A stretch of 64,000 nt of DNA from Dehalococcoidia bacterium (GTDB lineage: Bacteria > Chloroflexota > Dehalococcoidia > Plut-88900), in the NCBI GenBank assembly GCA_965249275.1, contig CBDFLQ010000005.1:608001-672000 (forward strand), written 5' to 3'. A model generated the notes under the pieces. That model made no database searches and was not told the origin of the DNA. It was given only the letters and a program-made list of their open reading frames with translations. The position numbers and the translations under genes are program-made. This document shows, piece by piece, positions 9,459 to 19,052 of the stretch; position 1 is the first letter of the stretch; the number at the start of each line of letters is the position of its first letter.

Positions 9459-10568
9459 ATGGCCAGGAACGGTTTTAAGGTGATGGATTCGGACATGCAC
9501 GTCATCGAGCCTAGCGACCTGTGGCAGAACTATATCGATCCCAAGTTTCGGGACCGGGCCCCGAAGGGGTTCGATCGCTACCTGGGAGACATGCAAGTGC
9601 TGGTGGAGGGGCATCTCCATCCGGCAGACCCGGGCGACAGGGGAAACCAGATCATCGAGGAGAAGGACTTCCACCGGGTCTACGCCGACCCATACTCCAA
9701 CGGCTGGGACTCCGCCTCCCAGGTGAGAGCCATGGATGCCGAGGGGATAGACGTGGCTTTCCTCTATCCCAGCCGCGGCCTCTTTGCCCTGGCCCTCGAC
9801 ACCATGGACCCGGGGCTTGCCGACGCAATAGCCAGGGCCTATACCCGCTGGATGAGCGACTTCTGCGCCCCGGCCTCGCAGCGCATGTGGGGAGCGGCCA
9901 TGATATCCCCCTTCGACGTTGAGTCGGCGGTGGAAGAGGTGCGCCAGTGCGTAGACTCGTTAGGATTCAGAGCAGCGTTCATGCGCCCCAATGTGGTCAA
10001 CGGCCGCAACTGGCACGATCCCTACTACGATCCCCTCTGGCGGGAACTCGAGGCGCGGGACGTGACCATGGGATTCCACGAGGGCGCCACCACCGCTATG
10101 AACCAGATCGGCAACCGCTTCCCGGACTACTCCATGTACCACGTCTGCTGCCACCCGATGGAGATGATGATCAGCGTGGTGGACACCATAGGCGGCGGCG
10201 TGATGGAGCGGTTTCCCAACCTGAGGATAGGTTTCCTGGAGGGCAACTGTTCCTGGCTGCCGTGGCTTCTGTGGCGCATGGACGAGCACGACGAACTCAT
10301 GGGCATGAACCAGGGGACGGAGCTAACCATGACCCCTACGGAGTACTTCAAGCGGCAGGGGTTCGTCTCATTCGAGGCGGACGAGATCACGGGCCGATAT
10401 CTGTCTGAATTCGGTCTCGGGGACGTTGCGGTATTCTCCACCGACTATCCCCACAGCGACTCCAAGTACCCCCACGCCACGGAGGAGTTCCTGGAGATGC
10501 CCCTCAGCGAGGATATGAAAAAGGCCGTGCTATGGGACAACTGCGCCCGGCTCTACAACCTGAACTAA
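9459..10568 (+). CDS. Amidohydrolase family 2 protein
   Basis: DSDMH, GFHEG, FLEGN, STDYPH and DNCARLY motifs. Confidence 0.9.
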   Translation: MARNGFKVMDSDMHVIEPSDLWQNYIDPKFRDRAPKGFDRYLGDMQVLVEGHLHPADPGDRGNQIIEEKDFHRVYADPYSNGWDSASQVRAMDAEGIDVAFLYPSRGLFALALDTMDPGLADAIARAYTRWMSDFCAPASQRMWGAAMISPFDVESAVEEVRQCVDSLGFRAAFMRPNVVNGRNWHDPYYDPLWRELEARDVTMGFHEGATTAMNQIGNRFPDYSMYHVCCHPMEMMISVVDTIGGGVMERFPNLRIGFLEGNCSWLPWLLWRMDEHDELMGMNQGTELTMTPTEYFKRQGFVSFEADEITGRYLSEFGLGDVAVFSTDYPHSDSKYPHATEEFLEMPLSEDMKKAVLWDNCARLYNLN

Positions 10569-10596
10569 ACGTCTCCCACATCTCATTTAAGAGTGA

Positions 10597-10636
10597 ATAC
10601 CCTCGTACTGTCGGCTAGCCGACAGTACGAGGGTAT
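10597..10636. repeat. Perfect 40-bp palindrome between convergent genes (probable bidirectional terminator)
   Basis: ataccctcgtactgtcggct|agccgacagtacgagggtat. Confidence 0.75.
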
Positions 10637-10684
10637 CTCTTCAAGAGGGAAGACGGACGCTCTGGCGGGGAGCTATTGGAACCT

Positions 10685-11737
10685 CTATCCGGTAAGGGGG
10701 TGGGCCATGGGGAGGTTGGGGTGGACTTCCAAGTCCCAGCCGGAGCGTTCGCCGGAGAGCAGGCGGCGGTAGGCGCAGGCGGCGATCATCGCCGCGTTGT
10801 CGGTGCAGAAGATGGGCGGCGGGCAACTCGTATCCACGGGGCTCCCTTCGATCATGGCTGAACGAAGGGCGCCGTTGGCGGCAACCCCTCCCGAGAGGAG
10901 GACACGGCGTACGCCTTCTCGTTTGGCCGCACGGGCTGTCTTCTCTACCAGCACGTCCACCACGGCCTCCTGAAACCCGGCGGCGACGTCGGCTAGCAGG
11001 GGGTCGGGATCGGTTGCATCCACACGGTCGTCGATGCTGTCCACGGCCAGGCCCATCTCCCTGGAGGCCCGTATCACTGCCGTCTTGAGGCCGCTGAAGG
11101 AAAAGTCGTCACTTCCCTTGAGCCAGGCCCTTGGGAAATTCTTGGGTTGACTGCCCTTGCGAGCAACCCGCTCGACGACGGGTCCGCCGGGGTACCCGAG
11201 GCCAAGGACCCGTGCAACCTTGTCAAAAGACTCGCCGGCGGCGTCGTCCCGGGTGCGGCCCAGGAGCAGGTAGTCGCCGTGGTCCCGCATCAAGACGAGG
11301 TCGGTGTGGCCGCCGGAGGCGATGAGGCAGAGGCAGGGAAGCTCGGGGCCCGCGTCCTTCGGGCCTTCCTTGACCAGCCAGTTGGCGTAGACATGACCCT
11401 CCAGGTGATTGACTCCAAGCAGGGGCAGTCCGTGGGCCAGCGCGAGGGCCTTGGCCATGCTCACGCCGATGAGCAGAGAGCCCGCTAGTCCCGGGCCCTT
11501 GGTCACGGCTATTGCGTCGACGTCGTCCCAGCCGATCTCCGCCTGTTCGAGGGCCAAGTCGACTACCGGTACTATTTGAAGCATGTGCTGTCGTGAGGCG
11601 ACCTCCGGTACTACGCCACCGTACCGGGCGTGGATGTCCACCTGGGTTGATATGACGTTGGAGAGGACGAGGGCGCCGTCCTCAACGACGGCGGCTGCGG
11701 TCTCATCGCAGGAGGTCTCTATGCCGAGTACTAGCAT
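10685..11737 (-). CDS. tsaD: tRNA N6-adenosine threonylcarbamoyltransferase
   Basis: [47 protein letters not shown] and TDNAAMI. Confidence 0.96.
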   Translation of the reverse strand: MLVLGIETSCDETAAAVVEDGALVLSNVISTQVDIHARYGGVVPEVASRQHMLQIVPVVDLALEQAEIGWDDVDAIAVTKGPGLAGSLLIGVSMAKALALAHGLPLLGVNHLEGHVYANWLVKEGPKDAGPELPCLCLIASGGHTDLVLMRDHGDYLLLGRTRDDAAGESFDKVARVLGLGYPGGPVVERVARKGSQPKNFPRAWLKGSDDFSFSGLKTAVIRASREMGLAVDSIDDRVDATDPDPLLADVAAGFQEAVVDVLVEKTARAAKREGVRRVLLSGGVAANGALRSAMIEGSPVDTSCPPPIFCTDNAAMIAACAYRRLLSGERSGWDLEVHPNLPMAHPLTG

Positions 11738-11763
11738 GACTGGGGTATTATACCGCCTGCCGG

Positions 11764-13074
11764 TCAAGACGCGGCGGTCAGGGCCACGTGCCTCGGGACA
11801 GCCCGGCCCAGGGGACATTCGGCACACCAGCCATGACGGCATGGCCCCTCTATGAGATGAACGAGGCCCTGCTCCCTGCGGGCCGTCATTGGCACCCCGA
11901 AGGGTCTTCCGATGCCCAGTTGCGCGGACATGTCCTTCAGTTTCCGGTTGCCGGGCCCAGGGGGCGCCAGTTCGAAGAGGAACGATGCCGTTCCTGCCAG
12001 GGCCTCGTCACTCCGTTCGAGCCCGAAGGCGCGGAAGAAGGGGAGAACGACGTTCACAACCATCTCACGGGCGCGCTCGCTGCCTATGGCGGGTGGGGCG
12101 GCGGTCAGGTCTATAAGCAAGCCGGGGTCTTCGTGATGGGCGGCTATGAGAAGCGCTCTTTCGAACCCTTCCACCAGCCCTTCGTCCATGAATCGGGCCA
12201 GCGCATCCCCCGCGCCCAGAATCCTGCGGGAGGGGTGGTTCGCCGGTCTCACGCCGGCAAGCCGCCAGTCCGAGGGCCGCATCTCCCTGGTAAGCAGGCA
12301 CCGGCGCCATATATCTTCAATGTCGGACCCCGCGTCCTGAAGCAGGCCCGCCGTTCCCAGGAGCCAGGCAGCTATGGCCCGAGGTCGCTCCTCATGCGGG
12401 GTTGATGCGGCCAAGGCTTCAACCGTGGACCACGGGAACAGCCGGGCTAGGGCTAGAAAGGGCGCCCGGTTCTTGCTGTAGCCCAGGGCCCGCATCATGC
12501 CCTGGTAGAGGACCTCCGACGGCGGCCAGACGGCCATCTCTCCCTGGAAACGGACGGCCTTGGCTGCGAAGCGTTCGTCTCCCGCCTCGTCCAGGAGCCG
12601 AGCCACCTGCTCGGCGCCCAGCGCCGAGGCTATCTCATCACACCCTTTCAAAGGTGGATTCCCCGTGACTCCATCCCCGGAGTCCGCCTCTGCGGACGTC
12701 TGCAGGCAGCCCTTAAGGGGGGCTGTGGGGACGTGCTCGCCGTCCTCCCGTTCAGTCCAGAGGGAGTCGGCGTCCCAGACCACGTGGAGGACGACGCCGT
12801 TGTAGGCCGGGTCCCGGTGATGGCCATGGGACATCCAGTCCCGGGCGCGAACGTGGATTTCCATGTCTCCCCGGAGCAGACCGCGTCCCTCAACGTCGAC
12901 CGAGGCATCCAGGAAGTCGGGGCCCGCGCCGCCGTTGCGCCGGCCGGGGAAGACGACCTGGGTCCGCGCACCGTCGACGGTGCGGAGCTTTCTCGGGTCG
13001 TAACCGCGCCGGGCCCACACGCCGTATAGAAACTCCTCATCCGGCGGTCTGTGTATGGTGAGGTCACTCTTCAC
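11764..13074 (-). CDS. DUF2851 family protein
   Basis: GPDF, GDMEIH, W..HGHH.DPAYN.VVLHVV, RPANHP and a C-terminal C-x4-C-x2-C. The GTG start overlaps the upstream TGA. Confidence 0.8.
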   Translation of the reverse strand: MKSDLTIHRPPDEEFLYGVWARRGYDPRKLRTVDGARTQVVFPGRRNGGAGPDFLDASVDVEGRGLLRGDMEIHVRARDWMSHGHHRDPAYNGVVLHVVWDADSLWTEREDGEHVPTAPLKGCLQTSAEADSGDGVTGNPPLKGCDEIASALGAEQVARLLDEAGDERFAAKAVRFQGEMAVWPPSEVLYQGMMRALGYSKNRAPFLALARLFPWSTVEALAASTPHEERPRAIAAWLLGTAGLLQDAGSDIEDIWRRCLLTREMRPSDWRLAGVRPANHPSRRILGAGDALARFMDEGLVEGFERALLIAAHHEDPGLLIDLTAAPPAIGSERAREMVVNVVLPFFRAFGLERSDEALAGTASFLFELAPPGPGNRKLKDMSAQLGIGRPFGVPMTARREQGLVHLIEGPCRHGWCAECPLGRAVPRHVALTAAS

Positions 13075-13328
13075 TTGGAGTCTTCGCCCTCCTGGCGACC
13101 CTCGCCGCGGTCTGTGTTGTAGGCGGGGCCGCTTTCCTCGGAGACCATGCGGAGAAGGGTGATGGAAGCGCCCCTCGGAGCGTAGATCCCGGTCTCCCAC
13201 TCGCTGATGGTCTGCTGCCGGACGCCGAGGCGCCGGGCCATCTGCTGCTGGGTCAACCTCATGCGGCTCCTGAGCTCCCTTACGGCGTCGGCGTCCCAGT
13301 TTCGGGAGTAGGGATTTTCTTCGGTCAT
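13071..13328 (-). CDS. XRE-family helix-turn-helix regulator
   Basis: VRELRSRMRLTQQQMARRLGVRQQTISEWETG. Confidence 0.88.
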   Translation of the reverse strand: MTEENPYSRNWDADAVRELRSRMRLTQQQMARRLGVRQQTISEWETGIYAPRGASITLLRMVSEESGPAYNTDRGEGRQEGEDSK

Positions 13329-13627
13329 TGCTTGAGTATACACGGAAACGTGTAAAGCGGCGCTCGACTAATGGCAAGCAGGTGAGAACCCTCGTCTGAA
13401 ATCGGCTGCAGCATTGGAACGGGGAAACCACTTCAAAAGGAGGAGTCGGAAGACGACGTTTAACGGTAAGGCGGTCCAAAGTTGCTCTGACCTCAGCTGC
13501 CATACGGCGGTTGATCAGAGGCGAGCGTTTGACTTGATTTCCGTAACGTGTATAGTATCTTCATCGTACCCAATGGGCGCCAAGGGTGGCGGGGGCCCAC
13601 TTGAAGCTAGAAGAAACACGGTCCGAA

Positions 13628-14242
13628 ATGCAGCATACGCGAAGGCAGATACTCGACTGCATCAAGCTCAATGGCGGCATGAGTGTCGACCAGCTGGGCC
13701 GAAAGCTGCAAATCATGTCCGTCACCGTCAGGGCCCACATCAACGTCATGGAGCGCGGCAACCTGGTCAAGGGCCGGGAGTTGCGTACGGGCCGGGCGGG
13801 TCGCCCACGCATCGTCTACTCCCTCACCGATCAGGCGCAGGAACTCTTCCCGAAGGACTACGACCACCTGGCCGTCAGCCTGATCAGCAATATGCGCAAG
13901 CTTTACGGCAATGACTCCGTGAAAGAGGTGCTGAAGCTGGTTGGGGAGGAGATCGCCGCGTCCAACGCCGATGAGGTGCAGTCGGAAGATCTGGGCGACC
14001 GGATCAAGGGTGCGACCCGGATAATGAACAAGATCGGGTCCCTGGCCACGTGGGAGAAGGGCGAGAACGGGTTCATGGTCACCGCGCACAATTGCCCCTA
14101 TCTGCAAGTGGCAAACGAGTGCGCGGACATATGCGACATGGAGGTCTCTTTCCTGGAGGAAGTCCTGTCACGGGACGTGATGCTTGAATGCTCGGTCGTG
14201 GGTGGGGCTCACAACTGCCAGTTCTTTATCGCAGAACCCTAA
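13628..14242 (+). CDS. SufR-like winged-HTH regulator with a Cys-containing C-terminal domain
   Basis: TRRQIL...VTVRAHI, GRPRIVYSLT, FPKDY and HNCPY...C...C...C. A TTGACT-N16-TATAGT promoter lies upstream. Confidence 0.8.
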   Translation: MQHTRRQILDCIKLNGGMSVDQLGRKLQIMSVTVRAHINVMERGNLVKGRELRTGRAGRPRIVYSLTDQAQELFPKDYDHLAVSLISNMRKLYGNDSVKEVLKLVGEEIAASNADEVQSEDLGDRIKGATRIMNKIGSLATWEKGENGFMVTAHNCPYLQVANECADICDMEVSFLEEVLSRDVMLECSVVGGAHNCQFFIAEP

Positions 14243-14280
14243 CAAGAATATATCCGGCTTAGATTGGGACGGACGTTTTG

Positions 14281-14304
14281 AAGCCCCTACCGGCAGGGGC
14301 TTTT
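14281..14304 (+). terminator. Intrinsic terminator-like hairpin
   Basis: aagcccct-accggc-aggggctt followed by Ts. Confidence 0.55.
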
Positions 14305-14361
14305 CCTATGACTCCCGCACAACGACACGAAGGCTACCGACTGTAGGAAGAGGATACCCAG

Positions 14362-14673
14362 ATGGCTGAATTTGTGACCGTTGCAAAGACCTCGGAAATC
14401 GAGCCGGGGCAGATGATCCTCGTGGAGGTTGACGACGAGGACGTGGCGGTAGCCAACGTAAACGGCGAGTATTACGCTTTCGGGGCGGAGTGCCCTCACG
14501 CAGGTGGTCCATTGGACGAAGGTGACGTAGAAGGCAACATTGTGGTCTGCCCGTGGCACGGTGCGGAGTTCGACATGACTACGGGAGAGGCGCTTACCAT
14601 GCCTGCCTCGGATAGCATCGCCACCTACAAGGTCAGGGTAGACGGCGAAGAGATCCAGCTATCGTCGGGATAG
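14362..14673 (+). CDS. Rieske [2Fe-2S] ferredoxin
   Basis: CPH...CPWH Rieske ligands. Confidence 0.92.
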   Translation: MAEFVTVAKTSEIEPGQMILVEVDDEDVAVANVNGEYYAFGAECPHAGGPLDEGDVEGNIVVCPWHGAEFDMTTGEALTMPASDSIATYKVRVDGEEIQLSSG

Positions 14674-14710
14674 CCCGCTCGGAGCGCTGGCGGCTTCTTC
14701 GTGCCCGATC

Positions 14711-16078
14711 CTAGCCCAAAGTATTGAGCAGTATGCCTGCCAGTCCCAGGAACAGCAGGAAGCCGCAGATGTCGGTTATCGTAGTTACGAAGACCATTGA
14801 GGCTACGGCTGGGTCTACCTTGAAGAGCTTAAGGCCAAGAGGCACGGCTACACCACTGACCCCGGCCATCACCATAGTTCCCAGCATGGCAATGCCCAAA
14901 GCCAAACCCAGGACGATACTGTCCTTCCACAAGTAGGACACGACCCCAACCATCACACCGAGCACCAGGCCGTTGGTCAGCCCCAGGACGAACTCCTTGA
15001 CGAGCGCCCTTCTGGAGTCTCGGAAGCTGATGTCGCCCAGGGCGAAACCCCTGACCATAAGCGTGATGGTCTGAGCACCCCCCACACCCCCCTGGCTCGC
15101 CACGACGGGGATAAAGGCGGCCAGTATCACCATCCTGGCTATGGTTGATTCGAAGAGGCTGATCACCACTGCGCCGATTCCGATGGTGACCAGATTCAGC
15201 ACGAGCCAAGGAAGACGGTTCCTGAGGGAAGCCGAGATGGGGGTCGCTAGCCGCTCTGGCTGGGAAAGGGCTGCCAGCCTGTACATGTCCTTGGTAACCT
15301 TCTCCTCCATCGCGTCCACGGCCTGGTTCATCGAGATGGCTCCGAGGAGTGTGCCGTGTTCGTCGGTCACGGGAATGCTGGACAGTTTGTGCCGGAGCAT
15401 CAGTTGAGCGCATTCCTCCTGGCGGGTGCCGGGCGCCACGTAGATGAGCCGTGAGTCCATCATGTTTCGCATGGGAGAGTCGGGTTCGGCCATGATGAGG
15501 TCTCTCATGGCGGCCGCACCCTTGAGACGGTCCCACATGTCGACGATGTAGACCCGGTCGGTAGTGTCAATGGAAGGGCCGCTCTTTCGGAGCCAGGCCA
15601 TGGCCTCGGAGACAGTCATCCACTCCTTGAAGGCGATGAACTCGGGGGTCATGAGCGCCCCTGCGGTGCTTTCGGACTGTTCTATTAGGGGTACGAGAGC
15701 CTCGGGGTTGGAGACGGCGTCCAGTACCCTGCCGGCAAGGGGGACGGGAAATTCCCGGATTATCTGGGCGGCAGCGGCAGTGCCTGCGTGGTCGAGCCAA
15801 AGGGCGACCAGAATGGGGTCCGCTCCCCGTATGATTTCCATAGCGTCACTCACTTCCAGGACGGACAGGACGCGGCCTGCAGCCTCATGGGTGAGGCCCG
15901 AGAAGAGGAGCTGCCTGGACCTGGTGTCGATCTGGAAGAGGACTGACGCCCTCTCGGGTGGCTGAAGCGCCTCCAGGGCAATTACCGCCTGATGCAGGTC
16001 TCCCCTGTGAAGGTGTGACCTTATCTCCTGGACGGGTGGCGGAGGGGGGCTAATCTGTTGGTTTATCTGATCTAGCAT
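14711..16078 (-). CDS. mgtE: Magnesium transporter MgtE
   Basis: N-domain, TAGALMT, a CBS pair, RLPWL, GGVGGAQT and DPAVAS..VTTITD. Confidence 0.9.
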   Translation of the reverse strand: MLDQINQQISPPPPPVQEIRSHLHRGDLHQAVIALEALQPPERASVLFQIDTRSRQLLFSGLTHEAAGRVLSVLEVSDAMEIIRGADPILVALWLDHAGTAAAAQIIREFPVPLAGRVLDAVSNPEALVPLIEQSESTAGALMTPEFIAFKEWMTVSEAMAWLRKSGPSIDTTDRVYIVDMWDRLKGAAAMRDLIMAEPDSPMRNMMDSRLIYVAPGTRQEECAQLMLRHKLSSIPVTDEHGTLLGAISMNQAVDAMEEKVTKDMYRLAALSQPERLATPISASLRNRLPWLVLNLVTIGIGAVVISLFESTIARMVILAAFIPVVASQGGVGGAQTITLMVRGFALGDISFRDSRRALVKEFVLGLTNGLVLGVMVGVVSYLWKDSIVLGLALGIAMLGTMVMAGVSGVAVPLGLKLFKVDPAVASMVFVTTITDICGFLLFLGLAGILLNTLG

Positions 16079-16255
16079 GGGCCAGGGGTAGAGCCCCAAA
16101 AAACAAAGAGGCAGTCACGTAGACCGCCACCTACTTTGCGAAATTGGATTTGACCTTCAGTCCCGTTGGCCCCTGGCCCTTAAGGCACCCTCCCCAGCGG
16201 GACTGCTGAAATGTATTATTTGGGTTGTTCTACACCCTCCGATATTGGATTCTCC
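16079..16255 (-). promoter_or_regulatory. Structured mgtE 5' leader with an internal terminator (candidate riboswitch/attenuator)
   Basis: Stem 16158-16169/16194-16205, terminator hairpin 16110-16128 with a U-tract, and a 10-bp long-range pairing to the start-codon region. Confidence 0.5.
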
Positions 16256-16368
16256 TCTGATTTTGACATAAAGAATACGGGTTAGCAAGCGGGTTCACAA
16301 CGAGAATTCTGCCGATTTCTCCGGTGTTGCACCATCGGTGATTGGAGATTGTTAACCGGAGAAAATCG

Positions 16369-16398
16369 AGGGGCCCCCGGCATTGCCGGGGGCCCCTT
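16369..16398 (-). terminator. Terminator hairpin downstream of the substrate-binding protein gene
   Basis: gggcccccggca/tgccgggggccc inverted repeat. Confidence 0.65.
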
Positions 16399-16424
16399 CT
16401 TTCGCTATCCAGGTGAAACGGGGT

Positions 16425-17831
16425 CTAGTTCGTAAGGGACTGCTGCCAGCCGACCCACTGTTCGCCCATGACACTGCCTACCTGACCATCATGGTTTTCG
16501 TCTTCGACGAGGGCGTAGGCCACGTTGCCCGCCGAAGTGGGAAGGTGGTCTCTCACGTCGTCGAAATCCGGGCCGTTGAGGATGGGAACGGAGGCCAGGT
16601 TCATTGGGCCGTAGCTGATGTACTTGGAAATCTCAGCGTTCCTCTCGGGGAATGAGGTCCAGGCCATGAAGAGCTGGGCCAGTTCAAACACGTCGGCGTC
16701 CTGGTCTTTCAGGCCTCTGGGTATTGCCCAGGAGTCAGTGTTTATCATGTGCCCGCAGGTCCAGCAGATTGCAACCGGCTCACCCTGGGACGAGGCGTCG
16801 TAGATACGTCCATTCCAGGCCGTGCAGAGGTCGATCTCCCGGGATATCAGGTTGGCCGGGCAGTCTACACCCGAGCTCCACCAAACCTTGATCTCGGATC
16901 CGATCTCGTCCATGACCTCGTATGCCTCTTCAATCTGCTCGTCGGACAGCCGTGTGAGGGAGGCTCGGCCCTCGGTGGTCTCCAGAAGCTCCGGGTACCT
17001 GGAGAGAAGGGCGAATCTAAGACTGGTCTTCCAGCTCCACTCCGGGGCGGCAAGGGAGCGTGCGCCCGGGAAGCCTTCGAAATCGAACACGTCGGCCATG
17101 GTCTGGGGATGCCGCCCACCCCATTTCTCGTCCACGGACTCCAGGCTGTAGGCGACCACGTTGGACCAGGTAATGCCTCCACCGCCGAAGTAGTCGGATA
17201 TACCGGCTTCCAGGAAGTCCCTGGTATCGACAATGCTGAAGTCCAGCGGTTCCAGGTAGCCATCGGTAGCGGCTTGCCAGGCGGCCTGTCCGCCGTAGTC
17301 CAGCACGTGCCATTGGAGGTTGCTGGTCTCTACCTGGGCTCTGACCTTGGCGTAGTTCATTGTGTCGGTAATGATTTCCACACCGAACTGGTCCTGGAAG
17401 GGGACAAAGTAAGCCTGACGCTGGGCCGCTTCGTAGGCGCCGCCCCAGGTGGAGAATACCAGGGACTCACCGCGGTGGGACTGAAGGGCAGCCTCTATCT
17501 CTTCCAAGGTTGCCGGGTTTTCCACCGTCCACTCGGCCATGGCTCGGGGGCCGGGAGGCTCTGGCATTGCCGTGGCGTCTGGCATTACCGTGGCGTCTGG
17601 CATTGCCGTGGCGTCCGGCATTGCCGTGGCGTCCGGCATTGCCGTGGCGTCTGGCATTGCCGTAGCCTCTGGCATCGCTGTAGCCTCTGGCATCGCGGTC
17701 GGCTCTGGGGTTGCCGTCGCAGTCGCGCCACAGGCCACCGCCACGAGCAATGCAACCAGAGCAAGTCCCAACACGGCAAGCGTCAGCTTTCCGCGGCCGG
17801 GTCTGCTATATGTTTGTTTTACTAGCTTCAT
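16425..17831 (-). CDS. ABC transporter substrate-binding lipoprotein (PotD/PotF-like)
   Basis: Lipobox LVAVAC, STWGGAY, AWNGRI and YISYGP. Start at ATG 17831 after AAGGAGG. Confidence 0.85.
   Translation of the reverse strand: MKLVKQTYSRPGRGKLTLAVLGLALVALLVAVACGATATATPEPTAMPEATAMPEATAMPDATAMPDATAMPDATAMPDATVMPDATAMPEPPGPRAMAEWTVENPATLEEIEAALQSHRGESLVFSTWGGAYEAAQRQAYFVPFQDQFGVEIITDTMNYAKVRAQVETSNLQWHVLDYGGQAAWQAATDGYLEPLDFSIVDTRDFLEAGISDYFGGGGITWSNVVAYSLESVDEKWGGRHPQTMADVFDFEGFPGARSLAAPEWSWKTSLRFALLSRYPELLETTEGRASLTRLSDEQIEEAYEVMDEIGSEIKVWWSSGVDCPANLISREIDLCTAWNGRIYDASSQGEPVAICWTCGHMINTDSWAIPRGLKDQDADVFELAQLFMAWTSFPERNAEISKYISYGPMNLASVPILNGPDFDDVRDHLPTSAGNVAYALVEDENHDGQVGSVMGEQWVGWQQSLTN
17562..17705 (-). 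repeat. In-frame 18-bp tandem repeat encoding a (D/E)ATAMP linker, about 7-8 units
   Basis: Repeated ggcattgccgtggcgtc(t/c) units. Confidence 0.9.
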
Positions 17832-18008
17832 ACAAGGTCCTCCTTGATACTGGTTGGACTCAGATGAACTCCGATAGGGACTGAGTATGCACGAGCCCTG
17901 CGACAGGGCCTCTGCCACCTCGGCGATGTACCGCCGCAAGGCCCGCTGGATGGAATTAGGATAGTGGCGAGGAATAAAGCTGTCAAGCTGGGCGCGTCAC
18001 ACCCCAGC

Positions 18009-19043
18009 CTATTGGGAGAAGCGGGGAATGATATGCTCGCCGACCTTGCGGAACATGCCTATCTTATCGATGAGGGTGTAGGCGGTCATGGAGATGGTCT
18101 TTATCCCCAACTCGCCCAGTATCTCGATCCTTTCGCACATCTCGGAGGGGGTACCGGAGATGTGGTAGAAGTCGATGAGGCGCTGGGTTACGACGTGGGA
18201 ATGGGGAGCATCGACCCTCTCGGCGACGTCCGGGTCCAGGGCCTGGGCGAAGGTGCGGGAGTCGTTGATCAGGGCCTGGACGGAGCCGGGTTCGTTGGCT
18301 TCGAGGGCTTCCCGCAACTCGGCTACGTCAGCATCGTCCCTTTCGAGCATGTCGCAGAGGTCTGCGTAGCTGGAGGGGTAGGCGGAGGTCTCGCGTCGGG
18401 CGGCCTCTTTGGAGTCGGCGACGTAGAGCATGGTGCGGGCCCACGTGTCTATCTTGGAAAAGTCCCGGCCGGCCCTTTCCGCTCCCTTGCGCAGCTGATT
18501 AAGCTCCCATTCGACGTACACGGGATCGGTGCAGAGGGAGATCAGTCCGTCGGCGATTTCGCCGGCAAGCTGCATGGTCCTGGGCCCGTGGGCCGAGAGG
18601 TAGATGGGCAGTGGTTCGCCGATCCAGAAGGAGCGCATCTTCACGCCCTGAAACTCGGCTTCCTCACCGGCCATGAACTTTCGCATGAAGTGGACGGCCT
18701 CCCGCATGACGGCGTGGGTGACCTTCTTTCGGTTCTTCACGATGGGATTGCCCGTACCCAGACCAATGAACGCCCGCCCATCCGACAACTCGTTGATGGT
18801 GGCCGTCATATTGGCGATGACCGAGGGGTGGATGGTCACCGGGTCCACGACCCCGTGCCCTATCTTGATCCGGTTCGTGGCCTGAGCGGCCAGAGTCATC
18901 ATTATGTGGACGTCTCGGGACCTGATCGGGGAGTCGACCAGCGTGAGGTAGGTGAACCCGCTGTCCTCTACCACCTTGGCATGCTCCCCCACGTTTCTTG
19001 TGGTGAGGGTACCCCCCATCCCGACGCCGAAGTGCATCTTCAC
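18009..19043 (-). CDS. LLM-class oxidoreductase (Mer-like, flavin- or F420-dependent)
   Basis: ATNRIKIGHGV, ELSDGRAFIGLGTG and AHGPRTMQLAGEIADG. Confidence 0.85.
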   Translation of the reverse strand: MKMHFGVGMGGTLTTRNVGEHAKVVEDSGFTYLTLVDSPIRSRDVHIMMTLAAQATNRIKIGHGVVDPVTIHPSVIANMTATINELSDGRAFIGLGTGNPIVKNRKKVTHAVMREAVHFMRKFMAGEEAEFQGVKMRSFWIGEPLPIYLSAHGPRTMQLAGEIADGLISLCTDPVYVEWELNQLRKGAERAGRDFSKIDTWARTMLYVADSKEAARRETSAYPSSYADLCDMLERDDADVAELREALEANEPGSVQALINDSRTFAQALDPDVAERVDAPHSHVVTQRLIDFYHISGTPSEMCERIEILGELGIKTISMTAYTLIDKIGMFRKVGEHIIPRFSQ

Positions 19044-19052
19044 GGCAAGCTC

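Noticed and set aside
13075-13503. N-terminal extension of the 579-aa ORF
   Set aside because: It overlaps the XRE gene in another frame. DUF2851 similarity begins after GTG 13074.
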